From Priapulus caudatus (lineage: Eukaryota), in assembly GCF_000485595.1 (NCBI RefSeq), contig NW_014577063.1, forward strand, positions 789,434-853,433: a stretch of DNA of 64,000 nucleotides. Reading direction: 5' to 3'. Both the position numbers and the translations under genes were made by a program. The notes below the pieces were generated by a model. It ran no database searches, was not told the DNA's origin, and saw only the letters and a program-made list of their open reading frames with translations. Numbering within the stretch: the first letter of the stretch is position 1; each line of letters begins with the position of its first letter. This document shows positions 51,300 through 62,700 of this stretch, in pieces.

Positions 51300-54141
51300 A
51301 ATTACTTAGGATTATATTAGGATTAGACTAAAGTTTGCTATAACAGACCAATATGCTAGATTTCAACGACATAGCGCAAACTCACACTTGAAAAAAATGC
51401 TTCTATTAGCAAAGTAGAACTGGGTTGACCCAAAATTACAAAAAAGCCTGTCTATAATTAGTAGTAATGTCGATTGCAATCACAGATGAGTGTGTTTTGC
51501 GAGATTTTTGTGAGCCTGACGTCCATGTGCTTCTGAGATACCCAATGCATGGTGCCGCGGGTGGTGAGTATTGAATGGTGGGCTGTGACGCTTGACACAA
51601 CTTCATAGAATTAACTGGAAAAAATTTGAACATATACCACAGTATGTTTTCCGTAGTGATAAATAACATTTAACAACTGTTTTCTCAAAGTGATAGCCGA
51701 AAACTTCCCCACTGCTGATAGCTCTCCAACGTTTGCTGAACGGCAGCGCATGACCAAGGACCACCCTGGTCTCCACTTCAGGACCAAACAGGGCCACAAT
51801 TTTACCGTACGATAAGAGTTTGCTTACGCCGCTAGACTAGCGCTGAAACGTGGGCTTGTGGCGTGTGCGCCTGTTAGTACTCTAGTAGCAAAGCCCCAGC
51901 GTAATATGGCATTCTTTTTTGTTTCATAATTGCGATTTTGTTTTATGGTGATTTTAATCAAAGCATATAACAATTTGATTTACACATATAACATCGATTT
52001 ATCATATATAACATTTGATTTATCACATAATATAACATTTGATTTTTATTGCATATAAACATTGATTATCTCATATAATATTTGCTTAGTTTAAATCAAT
52101 ATGTTATAATGAATAAATCAACAATAATTCTGCTCTGTTTAAAATGTTGCACATTATTTGATTTTATATCAGAAAAGGAATCAAACCCAATTCGATCCCG
52201 GCATCAAACGCATTACGTTTTGAAATCGAATGCCTCGATCACGGATCGAATGCTTCGATTCACGGATGCGAATGATTCGATTCGCGATCGAATGATTCGA
52301 TTCGCGATCGAATGCCTTCGATTCGCGATCGAATATTCGATTACGCGACGAATGATTCGATTTGCAGATCCGAGATATATTCGACTTTCGCAAAATATGA
52401 ATTGATTCGATTCCAAGAATCAATGATTCCGATGCAGAAATCGAATCATACGATGCGCTGACAATTTATACGGCCGACCGCGACGTTCCGACTCAAGGCG
52501 CCATCTATCACAACTTGAGCAAAACGGCACATAGTTCAACTGGAGCATTTTTACATTATGAGTAATTAATAATTTCTCTTGTCTTTAGCAGAAGATATCA
52601 ATATAATAATCGTTACATCTATTCTTAGCCATATTGTGAGTGACAATGGGTAAGTATTTGAAACGAATGTTTATCGTTCAAAAGCACCACACAGCAAACG
52701 CATCCGGCGAAATACGGCACACACTCGTTTTTGTGTCTATCCAACTTTTGATTAACCTCCCCCGCTCCATACCTCCCATCCTCTATACTCCTCTACCGCC
52801 TCGCGTCTTCTCCCACATCCTTACGGCTCCTGCCCACGCCTTCCTCCAACGAAGAAAACCAAAATTTTTTCCCCCCCCCCTCCACGCTCGACCTCCTCCC
52901 TCTTCTACCACTCTCCCCCCTGCCCACTACGCTCCTCTCTCCCCATCTCCCAACTCCACGACCCTCCCCTCACCACACTTCCTTCCCCTACCTCCTCCCC
53001 CCTCTCTCACCCCAACACACCCTTCTAAACCCTCCTCCTCCGCCCATTCGACTTCTTCCACACACTTCTTACCGCCCTCCTCTACGCTCCTCAGTCTCTC
53101 CCACCATCCTCTACTAACTCGCCTCATTTCTACTTCTCCCTCTCCTCTAACTACCTCCTCCACCTTCTCCAAAAACCATCCTCGACTCCCTCCCTCCTTC
53201 TACCTTCTGCCCCCTCACTACCTCCCCTCTCACCTATCACTCCGCACTCCGCGCCGTCACTCTACCACGATTCTCCCCTCTACCTCCCTCCCTCCTCATA
53301 GCCTCCTCCCGCCCTCCTCGCCCACCACCTTCTAACCCTCCTCCTCCCCCTCCTTACTCTAACCACTTCTCCCGCCTCCCTCTAGGCTCCTCAGCATCTT
53401 CATCCCACCGAATCCTCTACCTACTCTCTTAGCCTTCTCCGCTCTCCTCTACCCTGCCGTCCCACCCTTGGCTCGACGCACCAATCCACTGACACTCCTC
53501 TCTCCAACCCGGCCTCTCACCATTCACCCGTTCACCCCGCCACATTCCCCCCTACCCTGTGTCCCGGTCCGCACCCGCACACCCCACCTTCCTACCCTAC
53601 CCTCCCTACCACCTCTATATGCCTACCACCAAGTCGACATCCTCCCCTCCATTCTGGTGGGACACCCACCATGCTTCCACTGACGTTCACTACCTCCTTC
53701 CTGTACCCTTATCTTCTACCTCCTTTCCTGGTCCCCTTTTCGACGCTCCCCCTTCTCCCCTCCTCAGCTACCTTTCCCACGTCCTATCTACGCTCTTCTA
53801 CCTCCCACCCTTCTCCGCCCTCTCTACTTCCCCACTACCTTCTCCCCTCGTCCTCTAACCAGTTCTCGTCCTTCCTCCTGTAACCCCTTCTCCCCCTCCT
53901 CATATACCTCGTCCCTCTAAAACTGTGAAACTCTCGTGACTCTGAATCGCATTATTCGATTCAACGGATGCGAATCATTCGATTCACAATCGAATCATTC
54001 GATCTGTGAATCGAATCATTCGATCTGTGAATCGAATCATTCGATCTGGTAATCGAAGCATTCTATCCTTGAATCGAAGCATTTGATCCGTGAATGTTAT
54101 ATGTGATAAAATCAACCATGAAACAAAAAATCGAATTATGA

Positions 54142-55284
54142 AACAAGAGCCGCAGAGCGTCTGGCTCATCTGAGGTCTGTTGCTATGGTTATAAACGTAA
54201 CATTTAAATCGTGCGTAGTGACCCCTTTGTTAGGCGCAGATATGCAGATACACAGTTTGCGTACACATCATTTCAGCAACCTTTGCATTCTGCATACCTC
54301 CCAAATCCCATTGGTTGATACAAATCGAGTGCCTGAAACCACTGGCAGCAGACCAAGACCCGCACGTACAGCACACACACAGCGGCGCCATTGACTACTA
54401 TATAACAACATGGTGTCGAACTCGCCGGCAGTCGCCGGCCGCAGTTTCCACAACTCACCGTTTTAAATCAGTTACAACTCCGGTGTTCCTGCAGGTGACG
54501 CCACTTTCCAACTATAGTTGAAATTGCGGAACATTGCTTAAAAATATACACCCGCGCAATTTTGACAATCGGCCCGCGCCAGAATGCGCTTAACCGAGTT
54601 CGACACCATGTTGTATATATAGTCAATGGCGCCGCGTGTGTGCTGTACGTGCGGGCTTGATCTGCTGCCAGTGCCTGAAACTCCTGTTTTATGGTGCATT
54701 GTGACACAAATCAATGTTTAACCTCCTCTTGAGGGTCAAAAGGTTATCCGACACTTACTCTTCGCATGTCAGCGGAAAGTAAATTTCATGGTCCTTTCAA
54801 TAAAGCCATAAAAATGGTAGCTAGGTCATCGCTGAAAGAAAAAGTTTTTCAATCGCTCCGTCAGACCATGTCCTCAGAAAATGTCTAAAATCTGCCCTGT
54901 GCCCCATTGACCTGTGACCTCCAATTTCGGCACAGTGATGGATTTTCCAACCATGATGCTATACACCGACTATCACGAGCTTAGGTCGAGCCGTTTAGAT
55001 TTGTTCCGCAATTCTGCATTTCCTCCCTATACCTTAAGTTAAGGAGGGAATGTTCCCCCTTCTTTTACACCTCTTGACCTTTGACCGTTGACCCCCAGCG
55101 TCGACATCCAAACTCGTTTTCGGATTAACCCCGCCCCCCAGCACAACACACACACACATCCCGACTTTCGAATCCGTACGTCGAGCCGTTTAGATTCGTG
55201 CCCAACTGTTGACGGACGCACGGACGCACGGACGGACGATCATGCGATTCTACAAGCTGCATCTGACTACGTCAGATGGGCCAA
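54142..55284 (-). mobile_element. HINE-like element
   Basis: One end is aacaagagccgcagagcgtctggctcatctg (hairpin gagcc/ggctc plus sub-TIR); the other is (gacg)n then gctgcatctgactacgtcagatggg. Confidence 0.75.
54340..54673. mobile_element. Fold-back MITE, CACTGGCAGCAGA termini, 8-bp TSD cctgaaac, nested in the HINE
   Basis: ~80-bp inverted arms; TSD at 54332-54339 and 54674-54681. Confidence 0.88.
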
Positions 55285-55450
55285 CAAAATACATGCATAC
55301 GCGTACAGTGTACGCGGGCTACTAGTACTACTAGAGTTATGCTTGTACTTGTAAAGTTGTAGTTGTATCAAACGTGTTGGCAAAACGTGACTGTCACTTT
55401 GCCTTTTGTTTTTTGGCACTTTCGAAGCCGGAGGCAAATGGATTGATTAC

Positions 55451-55513
55451 CTTGGAATACTCTGAGGCTAGTTTCTGGTATCTACTGTGTAGATCTACTG
55501 TTGCACTGTCCAT
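55451..55513 (-). CDS. PPP1R21: PPP1R21 exon 1 (MDSATVDLHSRYQKLASEYSK)
   Basis: ATG at 55513, GTAATC donor, phase 0; matches remembered human N-terminus YQKLAQEYSK and joins exon 2 to form the KLRAQ motif. Confidence 0.92.
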
Positions 55514-55962
55514 AACTTTGCGCTCGATGCAGTTTGGTCAGATTTGAGCAGTATGCATACTCAAAATACACATGACATATAGCAAAGGAGGTGTAACTCT
55601 CAGTTCTTCGCTAGCGGCTACGTCAATCGTACGCATGTAACCGATAAAGCAAACATACAGTATTGTATATCGGTTTGTTACCTATAGGTATAAAAAAGAC
55701 GATTTAATCATAGACATTTTAGATAATAGGATATTTTTGTTCTTTGATGCAGCCTTTATATGTTAATTACTTTTGTTCTGGAATATAAGTAACTACGTAT
55801 TTATCGCCTGGTTTATCTGGATGTCAGCGGACTCTCAACCTTGCTCTCAACATTTTTACCGTAACTTGCGATCCGCTGATAGTGCGCCGACATCAAACAT
55901 AAAATCATGGACGTCGTGTAGGTTGTATTATATCATCTATTCCGTTATTACCACAATAAACC
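55514..55962. promoter_or_regulatory. Probable bidirectional promoter and 5' UTRs between PPP1R21 and the optineurin-like gene
   Basis: 449 bp between divergent start codons; no specific motif identified. Confidence 0.6.
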
Positions 55963-56255
55963 ATGGCTGATAGTACATTAGAGAATCAAACTGGACAATC
56001 ACACGGTGGTGGCAGCATGGTAGCGGAAGGTGGTCCCATCATCGACAACTCTATAACATCGCAGTGTTTGTCGTCGGATATATCTGTTCTTTCCAACCCA
56101 CGGAACATGTCTAGTGAGGGGCAGTCGTTTGTCAATTTCGACGACACTTCGTCACTCTTTTCTATAACGTCGTCGCTGTCCGCGCCCGAGCTGCAACAAC
56201 GACTTGTGCAAGTAATTCAAGAAAACAAGCTCCTGAAAGGTGATCCAGTCGCTGC

Positions 56256-56334
<79 letters not shown>

Positions 56335-56386
56335 GGTGATGGTGGTGGTGGTGATGGTGGTGATGGTGTTGTCACCGTCGTCGTCG

Positions 56387-56472
<86 letters not shown>

Positions 56473-59400
56473 AATAATTATGATGATAATGTCTCAGTAC
56501 GTTCAGTACATGTGCTTGTGTTTTTAAATTGTATGCAGTCATTATAATGCAGTAAAGATAAAGGCAGTGGCTATGTTGTGCGCAAACTTGGAATCTTACA
56601 CAAACTTGGAATTTCAGCGCATCCGCAGTTTGGGCAACCAATCTTGAGATTGGGCAAACAGAGGTAAACAGAGCTTGCACAAACATATGATTATTAGGAT
56701 TTCAAATGTTATATCCTAACTATATAATTATAAGGTCGTATACCTTCTTTCCTCAATGTTGTTAGCACCTTTGTATAAATATTAAATGATTATAATAAAT
56801 AATTGGATAAATATGAGATAAATTTCTTCCTATAGTTTGCACCACGCACACCACACACTCGCTATGAGCGGTTGTTGAATCACCGACTGTTTTCAGTTTG
56901 CCCAATCTTGAGATTAGTCAGCCAAACTAGGGAATCCGCAGTTTGGGCAGCACAATCATTGCACAATCTCGAGATTGTGCAGATTCCAAGTTTGGGTACG
57001 ACAGCTACGGGTACGGTAGACGTATCTTAATGTCTCGAGGCTACGGGTACGCGAGTCCATTCGCTTTCATACTTAACGAGACAAAGATGGCGGCGGTGGC
57101 GCCAGATTTCGAAATAACGCCTTGGGAAATAAATTCACGATTTGCGAGTTTAGATGAGCTAGAACCCTAACCCTAAACCTAACCCTAACCCTAACCCTAA
57201 CCCTAACACCAAAAAGGGGCTTCAACGAACGACGGCTACCGTACCTCCAGCCACTGCGAAAGAGGCAACAACGTATTTTCGTATAGTGTATGCGAATGTG
57301 TGTAGCAAAAATGTTCTGGGTTGTGAATCCTATCAGTGTATACAGTTAGCGGCAATATCTGTGGCAAGTTCTGATCTGCCCTAACTCGGTAGGTTTGTTA
57401 ATTCCCACTGATTGGTGTGAAAGTAAGATGTAGTGGGTTCTAGGCAGTTTCAGAACATGAGACGATATAATAACAACGAGCAGCATCGTGATGCATGAAT
57501 GCCTGGTTGTTTATTCCTCACAGACGCTGTGGAGCGTAACACGTCTCTGATGAGGCAGGTTGCAGGATGGAGAGATCAGATATTCAAGATGAGTGAAGAT
57601 ATTGAACATAACAGACAGATGCATGAGCAAGCCAAGAACACTATAATCAGGTTTGATTACCATCTTTGTATAAAGTGTTTTGTGTTGGTGAAGTTGCAGG
57701 GTTCATTAAAAAAGCAACTTATATTCCAGAACACAAACATTTCATTTTTGTGAAGTGACAATCCTATGCTAGTATGCCTGAAATTGCTCAAAGTTCTTAC
57801 CAAGTCCTGGTAAATTAATGCCATGGTTATTACCCGGGAGAACCCTGGGGGTGGCAGCAGTAAATTTCTCATAGTTTACAAAATTCTTGCTCAGGGGCTC
57901 CTGCTCTCCAGTGTTAATTTTTATGTAATGTCTTCAGCTTGCCTCCTTACATAACATGGATCAGGTCATGTAGTTTTTAATTACAGCCTAAACCTAGAGA
58001 AGGAACAGTGTGAAAAACGAATGAAAGCTTTGGAGAAAATCGTCCAAGAATCGACCGAGGTAAGGATGACGGAGGAGAGGGTCTATTAAAATATGTTGTA
58101 TAACAACCCATAATCAAGGCTTCTAGTAGATGGACTTCTATAAAAGATGCAAAATGTTATTGCTTCCAGTGCTAATGCTATTTTTGTGTGTTTATACTAT
58201 CTGGGACATTATCTTGTTGTTTTTTTTCATTCAATTGTTTTCATTCAGCTTTTGGGATTATAAAATATAGACTCCTGAGCATGTTTTTCAGTGTGTCATC
58301 CTAGATGACTGGTAACTTCTTCACTAACGGTAGGGCTCATGATTATCACTAACTCTGGTTTTTCTCTCTGATAACCCGGAATACAATCGCTGAAGATAGG
58401 ATAGCCATTAGGTCCACCATACTTCAGCCTATATTCTTTACACCTTGGATTCCCTTCTTCAACATTTCATTTCCTCCTTTCCAAATGCATCAGTGGGCTG
58501 CATTTCCCGCGACTCATCGCGTCGCATTGTTGCAGGAAGAAGCCAGTGGCGACAGCACGCATCTGATTGACCACCGGCTAGCCGACCTGCGGGACACGGT
58601 GGCCGAGCTTTGTGCAGAAAACAGCCGGCTGCTGCAGGAGAAGACACAGGCCGAGGTGGAGAACGCCAAGCTGAACGATTGCCTGTGGAGCCTCAAGGAT
58701 GAACAAGCGTGCGGGGGCGCGGGGGCCGCCAGCATGCTGAACGATTATGCTGTGGTGCGGCATTTGTCGAACGGAAAGGCCGAGTTGGAGGACCCCTCCT
58801 TGCCTCAAAATTACATAAAGGTACTCAGCGGGGCCATAATAAAAATATTGTTTGTTTGCCTTCACCCGACCGACGCACCAAAAAGGGGCCGACTCAAATT
58901 TTTGTATTGATATTTCCCATTCTTTTTTTTGACAAATTGTATCACTGTACATTATATAAATCTGTAGGCAATGCATTATTATGTACGAAGCAAAACAAAC
59001 ATTCAACATTAAAGGTATCTCCACACAAGCACACCCGAGCATGTAGACACCATGCTGAATTTATAAAAAGACCCGCTTCAAAAAAAAGGCGACCTACCTA
59101 CCCAAACCTTTCAGCCTGGGTCGGGTGAGGGCAAACAAAAAAAAATTTAATTGTGGCCCGGGCAGTGTGGGAACTATGCATATCTAAGCTATATTGATCA
59201 GTTGATAGAATGAGTGACATGGAACTAGAGTCAGAAATCTTAGAAAAATATAACTTGTGTAAAAAATGCTACGTCTTCTATTGAGGTTGTATTATGGTCA
59301 CTATTCTTGCATTTGTGACAATTTTTTGCTCTCACCTGTTCAAACAAAACATACAATAAACATGGTTTCATTTAGTTCATATCTAGTTACCCATTATATA

Positions 59401-59627
59401 CACTGTGCAGTGTGCACATGAGCAAGTACAAAGTGCTATGCCATTTCATTTTGAGCATTGACTCAGTGTATGTGATTAAATTTAATGACAGCATCTATTT
59501 TCCACTGTGTGTAGGATAATGACAGTCAGATGCTGAAAGCTCAGGTGATGTCACTGGTCAGAGAACTTCAGAATCTGGAGAAGAAGAGATTGGAGCCCAC
59601 AGATGAGCTAAAGATGGCACATTCACA
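55963..59627 (+). CDS. Optineurin/NEMO-family coiled-coil protein, 5' exons 55963-56239, 57524-57650, 57987-58059, 58536-58820, 59515-~59627; UBAN and zinc-finger exons not in window
   Basis: Phase-consistent GT-AG exons. ELQQRLVQVIQENKLLKDAVERNTSLMRQVAGWRDQ resembles the OPTN/NEMO N-terminal coil (ENHQLKEAMKLNNQAM...W), and LKAQVMSLVRELQ resembles OPTN LNLQVTSLFKELQ. The last donor is uncertain. Confidence 0.75.
56255..56472. repeat. (GTT)n/(GGT)n microsatellite at the start of intron 1
   Basis: Seen directly. Confidence 0.97.
56583..56994. mobile_element. MITE with caaacttggaatct termini and palindromic aatct(t/c)gagatt sub-repeats
   Basis: caaacttggaatct ... agattccaagtttg; inner IR gattgggcaaac/gtttgcccaatc. 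Confidence 0.7.
57008..57245. mobile_element. Inverted-repeat element carrying about seven CCCTAA-type units
   Basis: ggtacggtagacgt ... acggctaccgtacc IR; telomeric tract at 57166-57207. Confidence 0.6.
58831..59159. mobile_element. MITE with GGGCC termini (PIF/Harbinger-like)
   Basis: gggccataat...tttgtttgccttcacccgacc mirrored by ggtcgggtgagggcaaacaaa...attgtggccc. Confidence 0.7.
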
Positions 59628-59735
59628 GTATGAAAATTTTACCTCCCTGCATTTTGGAAACGTAACATAGTATTTACATAGTATTTACATAGTATTACAT
59701 AGTATAGTATAGTATAGTATGGTATGGTATGGTAT

Positions 59736-62700
59736 ATTACCCCCCCACGTCCCGAATATCGTGACCGTACGTCGAGCCGTTTAGATTTGTGCCCAACTGT
59801 TGACGGACGGACGGACGCTCGCACGGACGGACGGACGGACGCTCGCACGGACGGACGGACGGACGGACGGACGATCATGCGATTCTACAAGCTGCATCTG
59901 ACTATGTCAGATGAGCTAAAAACCATGCCTACTAGTCCATTACCTCCGTGTGCAGCTGGGCGTTCTCCTCGATCTTACTCTGCAGTTCCTCACTGAGGAC
60001 ACTGTTGTTAGTCGTGGCAGTTGCACAGGACAACGGAGACTGTGCTTGCCCTTGTCTGTTCTGCACACAGATCAGTCAATTTCATATTTTACAAATTTAA
60101 ATAACAACGTATACCATCTGGCAGGTGACACTAGTAGACCAGTTTGCAACGTAGACATCCAGAAATTGTTTTTGGGGGTTTATCCTACTATTGTGCCAGA
60201 CCAAATTGTCCTACTAGGGGTTGGTTTATTTTATCTGTCTGTGTCACCACAGGAACTAGTCTCATGTCTATAGTGAGTGACAGTACTATCACCTACCTCC
60301 TGCTATATGTTAGCATTATATTCCAGGCATACGCAATGAGTCACCAACTTTACTAATACACAATTATACAACATGTAATAGAAAGACGCACATCATTTTC
60401 TTCCAGTCCTTGCATATAAGAATTATTTAGGACTCGCATAATTTTTTTAAGGTATAATGCAAAATCATGTAGTTTTAGCAGCAAAAGCTATTCGAATAGA
60501 AAAGTCTGAATCTCTGCAGTCTTATTGTCCCCAACAGAAACCAAAATCTAAGAAGTAATCTTATCTTAAGTTAACATAAATGTACAAGTATATTTCCTGA
60601 ACCAAGTATATGTAAATTCACAAACAATCCCAAAGTTGAATCCATATTACAATTCCCAGTCACCTTTAATTAAATTGCACGAATGTGGCATAATGTAACT
60701 TGGATTAAATCCGAACTAAACTAACTCAAGTATGGAGGCAGTCTTTTACCTTATTTCGTTTGCGAGCCAACATGTCATCAAGCTCACCCTGGAGGAGAGT
60801 GACACGTTTCGTCAGCTGAGCATTTCGAAAATCGAGACTCTCAATCTCTTGTTGGAACTTTCGTATAGCCTGATCTTTCTCCTTGACATGTTCCTACATA
60901 AAAGCATAAAAGTAAATATATATAATATAATATATATATATATATATATACTATAAACTTGCATGATCATACATGCACTGGTAGTGTAGAGCCTATATTA
61001 TGACAGCCCAGTGCAGTAATATATATATACAATTTTGACTTGAGCCTAGTCTTTACTTGGTGTTAGGAAGTTAAATGCTTCAAATCTTGATTAACCTGTT
61101 ACATTGTGTATTGTAAATGCATATTTGCCCAGTAATGCAGAAATGTTGCATGTTTAACTAATCTGAATTGGAAGTATATTATGCATCTCAGGCCTCGATG
61201 CTTATTTTCAGATCTGGTTGTCCTGTCAAGCAACAAGAAGCAATTTTTACTTGGTTTTACTTGTCCAAAATTTACTTGCAATCTAGAGCCGTTAAGGTAC
61301 ATTTTTAGTTCAGTGTATATCATATTACAGTATATAATTATGGAAAATCGTAATGAAATTCACACAACGTTTATTTTTGCGAGCTGATTGCAGCTTTTTT
61401 CTCAATTCCAGGAAAGAGTTTTGCTGTCGCTCTCTCATACCAGCGGTGCCCACCCCCTACATATTCAGTAATGAACGTCCCACGGGACTGAAACAATCGG
61501 TGCACTTACCCCCCCCCCCCCCGTACTTCAATCAATGCCTCCCAGCCAGCAGGCATGTACACAGCCACGATTTGCACAGCCACAGACACGGGTGTAGCGG
61601 GCGGCTTTTTTTGGCGACTTTCGAAAATACAACGTGAGAAATGTCATGCGATAGCGCCCTGGCTCAAAGGATGCTAGGAATTTTACACAACTGGACATTT
61701 TTTAGTTGTCCGATCGGGCAACTAGCCAAGAGAATAATTTGTTCGACGTAGACTTTCACTTGTCCCGGGCAATCGACCAACCGTTAGTGTCGAGGGCTGC
61801 ATCTGCTATACTGGTTCACAGAAACCAGATAACATAACATAACAAGAATTGTATTCATGATTATATTTCAAGATATTCCTAATGCAACCCAGTGCTGCTT
61901 ATTTCTGCCACCTAGTGGTGATTTTCGAAAATATTGGAAATCAATTTGTGGAACTAATGACAACATGGATGGATAAGTTCATTTTCCATTCTACTAGCTG
62001 CACCTGACCATGTCAGGTAATCTAGCATGTGTACCAGACGTTTCTGGTTGTTACAAATTTGACAGTACTAGTATATAATAACTTACCTTTAGCTGTGCTT
62101 CTTTTGACTGTTCATCTAGCACAGCTTTCTTCAGTACAGGAACTTGAGCCCGCAGCTATAAATGTGATCGATGAATATTCAATTCATTAATAATATTGTT
62201 TAATTACTCAGGTCCTTAGCCAGCTTTATATTGGGGGGGGGGTTCGTTTTTAAATGTTGGAAATTTGTGAGGGAGCATAGCGACCGAGCAGGGGGAGGGT
62301 GTTGGATGGGGGTGTCCCCCCTCCCACACGATGGAGATTTTGCAATTATTACACTAAAATGGAGTGATCTGGTGCATACCTGAGGTGAAATTCTTGCAAT
62401 TTTTTTTGCTTGGGGGGGGGGGTTCGTGCGAACCCCCCGAACCCCCCTTGGCTACGGGCCTGAATTACTTAGGATTATATTAGGTTAACTTAAGTTTGCT
62501 ATAACAGTACCAATATGCTAGATTTCAACACATACCAACTCACACTTGAAAAATGCTTTCTATAGCAAATAGAACTGGGTTGGACCCAAAATTACAAAAG
62601 CTATCTATAAAGTATAATGTCTATTGCAATACAGATGAGTTTTGCAGATTTTTGTGAGGCTGACCATGTACTTCTGAGATACAATGCATTGGATGCCGGT

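Larger units (their letters stand above)
51880..55336. mobile_element. Large TIR element with sub-terminal ATCACATATAACATT and TTCGATTCGCGGATCGAATGA repeats and a C-rich interior; right TIR split by a HINE
   Basis: gtttcataattgcgattttgttttatggtgattt at ~51921 is mirrored by aaatcaaccatgaaacaaaaaatcgaattatgaaac at ~54109-54144; the outer TIR resumes at ~55285-55336 (tacgcgggct...ctagag). Confidence 0.7.

Noticed and set aside
52640..53883. Pro/Ser/Leu-rich ORFs
   Set aside because: C-rich low-complexity interior of a TIR element in an error-prone stretch.
56240..56547. Poly-Val extension of the 55963 ORF
   Set aside because: Read-through into intron 1 (GTT)n; the donor at 56240 gives an in-frame join to exon 2.
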